Shown: positions 58,303-64,000 of the stretch, piece by piece
How the letters are laid out: each line of letters opens with the position of its first letter
Numbering within the stretch: position 1 is the stretch's first letter
Origin: an uncultured Candidatus Rokubacteria bacterium
GTDB lineage: Bacteria; Methylomirabilota; Methylomirabilia; Rokubacteriales; DASRDR01
DNA: 64,000 nt
Reading direction: 5' to 3'
Assembly: GCA_963708025.1 (NCBI GenBank)
Contig: CAVPSB010000023.1
Coordinates: 64,001 to 128,000, forward strand
The notes under the pieces: model-generated
What the model was told of the DNA's origin: nothing
Database searches by the model: none
What the model saw: only the letters and a program-made list of their open reading frames with translations
Program-made: the position numbers and the translations under genes

Positions 58303-59046
58303 CGCGCTGGCGGGCAGCGCTCCTGGTCGGCGTCGCGGCACTCGCCTGGGCTGCCTGGGACACCGGCGCCGATCCGGTGCGCTTCGTCTATGGCACCCCG
58401 TGGATGCTCGACTTCGTCCGGCGCTCGCTGCCGCCGGACTTCCGGGTGTTGAGGCCGGCCCTGGAGGGCGCCGTCAAGACGTTCGAGATCGCGCTCCTCG
58501 GCACCGCCGCCGCGGCGGCCCTCGCGGTGCCGCTCGGCTTCCTGTCGGCCCGGAACGTCGCTCCGCCGGCGCTCTTCTACCCCGCCCGGGCCGCGCTCAA
58601 CTTCCTGCGGAGCATCGACACGCTGGTGTACGCCCTCCTGTTCGTGGCGGCGGTGGGGCTGGGCCCCTTCCCCGGGGTGCTGGCCGTCGTGGCGTACACG
58701 ACGACCTCGCTGGCCAAGCTCTACTCGGAGACGATCGAGGGGATCGACCCGGGGCCCGGCGCCGCGATCACGGCGACCGGCGCGACGCGCCTGCAGGTGC
58801 TGCGCTTCGGCGTGCTGCCCCAGGTGCTGCCGCTGTTCCTCTCCTATATCCTCTACCGGCTGGAGTCGAACATCCGGGCGGCGACCGTGCTCGGGTTCGT
58901 CGGCGCGGGCGGGATCGGGTTCTACCTCCAGACCTACCTGCGCATGATCGACTACCCGGCGGCGTCGACGGTGCTGCTCGTCACCATCGTCATGGTGATG
59001 GTGGTTGAACTTCGCCAGCTCGCGCCTCCGCGCCCGCCTCATCTAG
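58299..59046 (+). CDS. PhnE-like ABC permease, +1 frameshift near 59008
   Basis: GLGPFPG, AKLYSE.IE, LESNIRAATVLG.VGAGGIG; removing one A gives VVDFASSRLRARLI* ending at 59046. Confidence 0.9.
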
Positions 59047-59071
59047 TCCTTTTCGAGGGAGCTCGGATCAG

Positions 59072-59138
59072 GTCCTCCGGCTCCCCCCTCCCCCCAGTGG
59101 GTGGGGGAGGGGGGCTGGGGGGGTGGGAGGGAGGTCTC
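59072..59138 (+). repeat. G/C-tract REP-like repeat, copy 8
   Basis: Same unit between convergent genes, abutting the pncA stop. Confidence 0.85.
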
Positions 59139-59865
59139 AAAAGTCGATGTCGGCCGACTGGATGCGCTTGACGCCGGCGCCCGTCATGTCCTGCCACGCC
59201 TTGCCCAGGGAGCCCCCGGCGTCGATGCCGCGGGTGGCGTCCTCGATGACGTAGGCCTCGAAACCGGCCTTCCGCGCGTCGAGGGCCGACCAGGCCACGC
59301 AGAAGTCGGTGGCGAGCCCCACGAAGAACGTGCGCCCGAGACCACGCTCCTTCAGATAGCCGGCCAGCCCCGTCGGCGTCTTGCCGTCGGCCTCGTAGAA
59401 GGCCGAGTACGAGTCCACCTGCTGGCGATAGCCCTTCCGGATGATGAGCTGGGCGTGCGGAATCTGGACGTCCTTGTGCAGGTCGGCCCCCGACGTTCCC
59501 TGGATGCAGTGGTCGGGCCAGAGGACCTGGGTGCCGTAGGGGAGCTGGATCGTCTCGAACGGCTTCTTGCCGGGATGCGACGACGCGAACGAGACGTGGC
59601 CTGGTGTGTGCCAGTCCTGGGTGAGCACGACGTTCGGGAAGGCCCGGCCGAGCCGGTTGACGAGGGGGATGATCTGGTCCCCTTCCTTGACCGGCAGGCT
59701 GCCGCCGGGGACGAAGCAGTTCTGGACGTCGATGACGAGCAACACGTCCTGAGCGCCCGGCTTGGTCTTGCCCTGGGCGAACGCGGCCCGGAGGCCTCCC
59801 ATGCCGGTCAGGACGAGGGTGCCGGCGGCGCACGTGAGGAACTGGCGGCGAGTCGGCATGTTCAT
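59137..59865 (-). CDS. pncA: Nicotinamidase/pyrazinamidase with Tat signal peptide
   Basis: TRRQFL; VIDVQN.F, TQDWH, LWPDHC, DSYSAF, GLATDFCV. Confidence 0.92.
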   Translation of the reverse strand: MNMPTRRQFLTCAAGTLVLTGMGGLRAAFAQGKTKPGAQDVLLVIDVQNCFVPGGSLPVKEGDQIIPLVNRLGRAFPNVVLTQDWHTPGHVSFASSHPGKKPFETIQLPYGTQVLWPDHCIQGTSGADLHKDVQIPHAQLIIRKGYRQQVDSYSAFYEADGKTPTGLAGYLKERGLGRTFFVGLATDFCVAWSALDARKAGFEAYVIEDATRGIDAGGSLGKAWQDMTGAGVKRIQSADIDF

Positions 59866-60011
59866 GGTGTCCTCCCCTTCCAGGTGCGCGGTGGATCAGC
59901 TAGGCCGAGAATCGATCAAAGGCCGGGCGCCGTCAAGACCTCCGTCCGGTCCTCCGTCCGGTCGGCGCCCGGCGGCGCCTGGCCCGGCCGGGAGCCCCTC
60001 CCAGCTCGCGG

Positions 60012-60200
60012 ATGGCCGTGCGGAGGGCCTCCCAGGAGGCGGCGCAGTGGGCGCTCGAGAAGGTGAAGGTCGGACATCCGACCGAGAGCCACCACGTGAT
60101 GGCCCGGGTGACGCAGTTCCAGGAGCTCGAGCGCCGGTTCATCCCGGGGGCGGCCGCCCGGCAGGGGCGGTCGGCCGGCTTCGGCGAGGCGTCGCACTAG
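60012..60200 (+). CDS. Possible small hypothetical protein
   Basis: 62-aa ORF with coding-like codon usage filling the intergenic gap. Confidence 0.35.
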   Translation: MAVRRASQEAAQWALEKVKVGHPTESHHVMARVTQFQELERRFIPGAAARQGRSAGFGEASH

Positions 60201-60359
60201 CGCCGTTCCGAGCATCGGGGCCACCGACGGACCGGCGCGCCGTGATTGGCCGTGATTGGCCTTCCCGAGCGCGCCGGTTCGTCGTATCCTCTGAAGCGAG
60301 GTCGTCCGACCATCCGGCAGGATCGCCGAACCCACACCTGTCACCGAGGAGCCGCTGCC

Positions 60360-61958
<1,599 letters not shown>

Positions 61959-62089
61959 GATCGTCGCGGGCCCTCGGGAGCCCCGATGCCCCCCCTCGGG
62001 GTTCGCGGCTCGGCGTGGAACGCCACGCCCGAGCCGGCGCCGGCCTTGGATCGGGCCGGGCCCGCCCGCGTGGTACAATCGCCCGCGTC

Positions 62090-63667
62090 ATGCCGTGGCT
62101 CGTCGTCAACGAGGAAGGTGAGGCTCCCCGCGTCCTCGAGATCGCGGCCAGCCCGTTCCGCATCGGCCGCCGGGCCGGGAACGATCTGGTCCTGTCGGAC
62201 TACGGGGCCTCCCGCGACCACAGCCGCATCGAGCAGAGCGGCACGGACTGGCGGCTGGTCGACCTCGGCGCGGCCAACGGCACCTACCTGAACGGCCGGC
62301 GTCTCCCGGCGAACAACCCGGAGCCCCTCGATCCGGGCGACGAGATCCAGATCGGGCGGGCCCGGCTCCACTTCTTCGAGAAGCCCCCCGGGACGGCGGT
62401 GATCGACCCCAGCACCCCCGATCTCGCCGACGCGACGCGCATGATGGCGACCGACCGGCTGCCGAGCTTTGCGCGGAGCCCGGACGTGGTCCGCGCCCTC
62501 GAGCAGGTGGCGCTCCCCAAGAAGGTCGAGTACTTCACGGTGCTGCACGAGCTGGCCAAGATGCTGCTCGGCGCCACTGAGCTACGGGAGATCGGCCGCA
62601 CGGCGCTCGACCTGCTCTTCCGGGTGTTGCCGGTCGAGCGGGGGGCGATCGCCCTGGTCGGGGCCGGGGAGTCGGGCCTGGCCACCCTGGTCGAGCAACG
62701 GCGGAAGGGCGACGAGCAGGTGACGATCAGCCAGACCATCGCCAACTGGGTGCTCCGCGAGCGGGTGGCGGTCATCACCTCCGACGCCCGGCACGATCCC
62801 CGGTTCCAGCGCGGCGAGAGCATCCACATGTACCACATCCGCTCGGCCATGTGCGTGCCGCTCTGGTCGGAGACGGACACGCTCGGGGTCATGTACCTGG
62901 ACAACCTCTACGAGGCGCATCCCTTCACCGAGGAGGAGCTGGAGCTCGTCGCCGCCGTCGCCAACCAGGTCGCCATCGGCATGCGCCAGATCCGGCTGAC
63001 CGACCAGCTCCGGGACGAGGCGGTCATCCGGGCCAACCTGGCCGGCTACCACTCCCCCGATGTCGTGGAGATGATCCTGCAGAAGTCGCTCGGCGGCCGG
63101 AGCGTGAGCATCGAGGTGACCGAGCAGGTGGTGACCGTCCTCTTCTGCGACATCGTCGGCTTCACCTCGATGTCCGAGCGGCTGACGGCGGGCGAGGTGG
63201 CCGGCTTCCTCAACACGTTCTTCGACCGGATGACCCGCACGATCTTCAGCTTCAAGGGCTCCGTCAACAAGTACATCGGGGACGCCATCATGGCGATCTT
63301 CGGCGCCCCGCTGCCCATGGGCAACCACAGCGAGCAGGCGGTCCGGGCCGCGCTCGCGATGCAGGCCGAGGCCGAGAGCATCCAGCCGGGCCTGCCCGCC
63401 GACCAGCGGTTCAAGGTCCGGATCGGCGTGAACACCGGCCGCGTGGTCGTCGGGAACATCGGCTCCGCCCAGCGCATGGAGTTCACGGTCCTGGGCGATC
63501 CGGTCAACGTGGCCCAGCGGCTGGAGTCGATCTGCAAGCCGGGCAAGGTGTACGTGGGGGAGGAGACGTACGAGGCGACGGAGCGGCTGTTCCAGTTCAA
63601 GGACCTCGGCGCCACCTCTCTGAAGGGCCGGCAGCGGCCGCTGCGGGTCTACGAGGTGGTGGCCTGA
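62090..63667 (+). CDS. FHA-GAF-class III adenylate cyclase
   Basis: IGRR..SRDH..NGTYLNG (FHA); IRSAMCVPL (GAF); LFCDIVGFT, KYIGDAIM, GDPVNVAQRLES. Confidence 0.92.
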   Translation: MPWLVVNEEGEAPRVLEIAASPFRIGRRAGNDLVLSDYGASRDHSRIEQSGTDWRLVDLGAANGTYLNGRRLPANNPEPLDPGDEIQIGRARLHFFEKPPGTAVIDPSTPDLADATRMMATDRLPSFARSPDVVRALEQVALPKKVEYFTVLHELAKMLLGATELREIGRTALDLLFRVLPVERGAIALVGAGESGLATLVEQRRKGDEQVTISQTIANWVLRERVAVITSDARHDPRFQRGESIHMYHIRSAMCVPLWSETDTLGVMYLDNLYEAHPFTEEELELVAAVANQVAIGMRQIRLTDQLRDEAVIRANLAGYHSPDVVEMILQKSLGGRSVSIEVTEQVVTVLFCDIVGFTSMSERLTAGEVAGFLNTFFDRMTRTIFSFKGSVNKYIGDAIMAIFGAPLPMGNHSEQAVRAALAMQAEAESIQPGLPADQRFKVRIGVNTGRVVVGNIGSAQRMEFTVLGDPVNVAQRLESICKPGKVYVGEETYEATERLFQFKDLGATSLKGRQRPLRVYEVVA

Positions 63668-63741
63668 TGGCCGCGCATTCGTTGACAGAACCGTTTCCGA
63701 CATGCCACAATCGACGCGCTTAGGCCCGCACGGGAACCAGG

Positions 63742-64000
63742 ATGCTCATCGCGCACGGTGAGTCCGACATCGGCAAGCGGCGAAAGATCAATGAAGACAG
63801 CATCTTCGCCGCCAATGGCCTGTTCGTGGTCTGTGACGGGATGGGGGGGCACAAGGCCGGCGAGGTGGCCTCCGGCCTGGCGGTCGAGGTGATCTCCCAG
63901 TTCGTGGAGCGCTCGGACGAGGACCGCGAGCTGACCTGGCCATTCGGCTTCAACCCTCAGGTCTCCTTCAACGGGAACCGGCTCCGCACCGCGATCAAGC
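63742..64000 (+). CDS. PP2C-family Ser/Thr phosphatase (3' truncated by window edge)
   Basis: SDIGKRRKINED, FVVCDGMGGHKAGEVAS. Confidence 0.92.
   Translation, partial: MLIAHGESDIGKRRKINEDSIFAANGLFVVCDGMGGHKAGEVASGLAVEVISQFVERSDEDRELTWPFGFNPQVSFNGNRLRTAIK

Noticed and set aside
56506-59046. Calling the transporter a canonical phosphonate or phosphite operon (phnCDE/ptxABC)
   Set aside because: No catabolic genes are adjacent and the leader is a TPP riboswitch, so gene symbols were withheld

Overview
A very GC-rich bacterial chromosomal segment. The gene content, abundant ABC transporters and repeat style are suggestive of Candidatus Rokubacteria/Methylomirabilota, but that is inference only. 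It carries about 55 mostly housekeeping or metabolic genes: tatD, hisC, glnD, a Slt-type transglycosylase, a selD fusion, a GH63-like glucosidase, an M1 aminopeptidase, pal, aceB, pncA, an FHA-GAF-adenylate cyclase, a PP2C phosphatase and three ABC import systems. No rRNA, tRNA, CRISPR array or transposase was seen. Main observations: (1) a complete sigma70 promoter, TPP riboswitch and terminator leader in front of a PhnD/PhnC/PhnE-like ABC transporter, a candidate importer of phosphorylated thiamine or its precursors; (2) an imuA-imuB-dnaE2 mutagenesis cassette whose DnaE2 contains a 422-aa LAGLIDADG intein and which is split by an ORF6N gene and a nested MITE; (3) a 107-bp CTAG-flanked MITE present both empty and carrying a 189-bp nested element; (4) several intergenic repeat families, one with G-quadruplex potential and several with GNA-triloop hairpins; (5) many genes with -10 boxes just upstream of the start codon, suggesting leaderless mRNAs; (6) several internally deleted gene remnants and single-base frameshifts. 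All calls come from motif recognition by eye, with no database searches.
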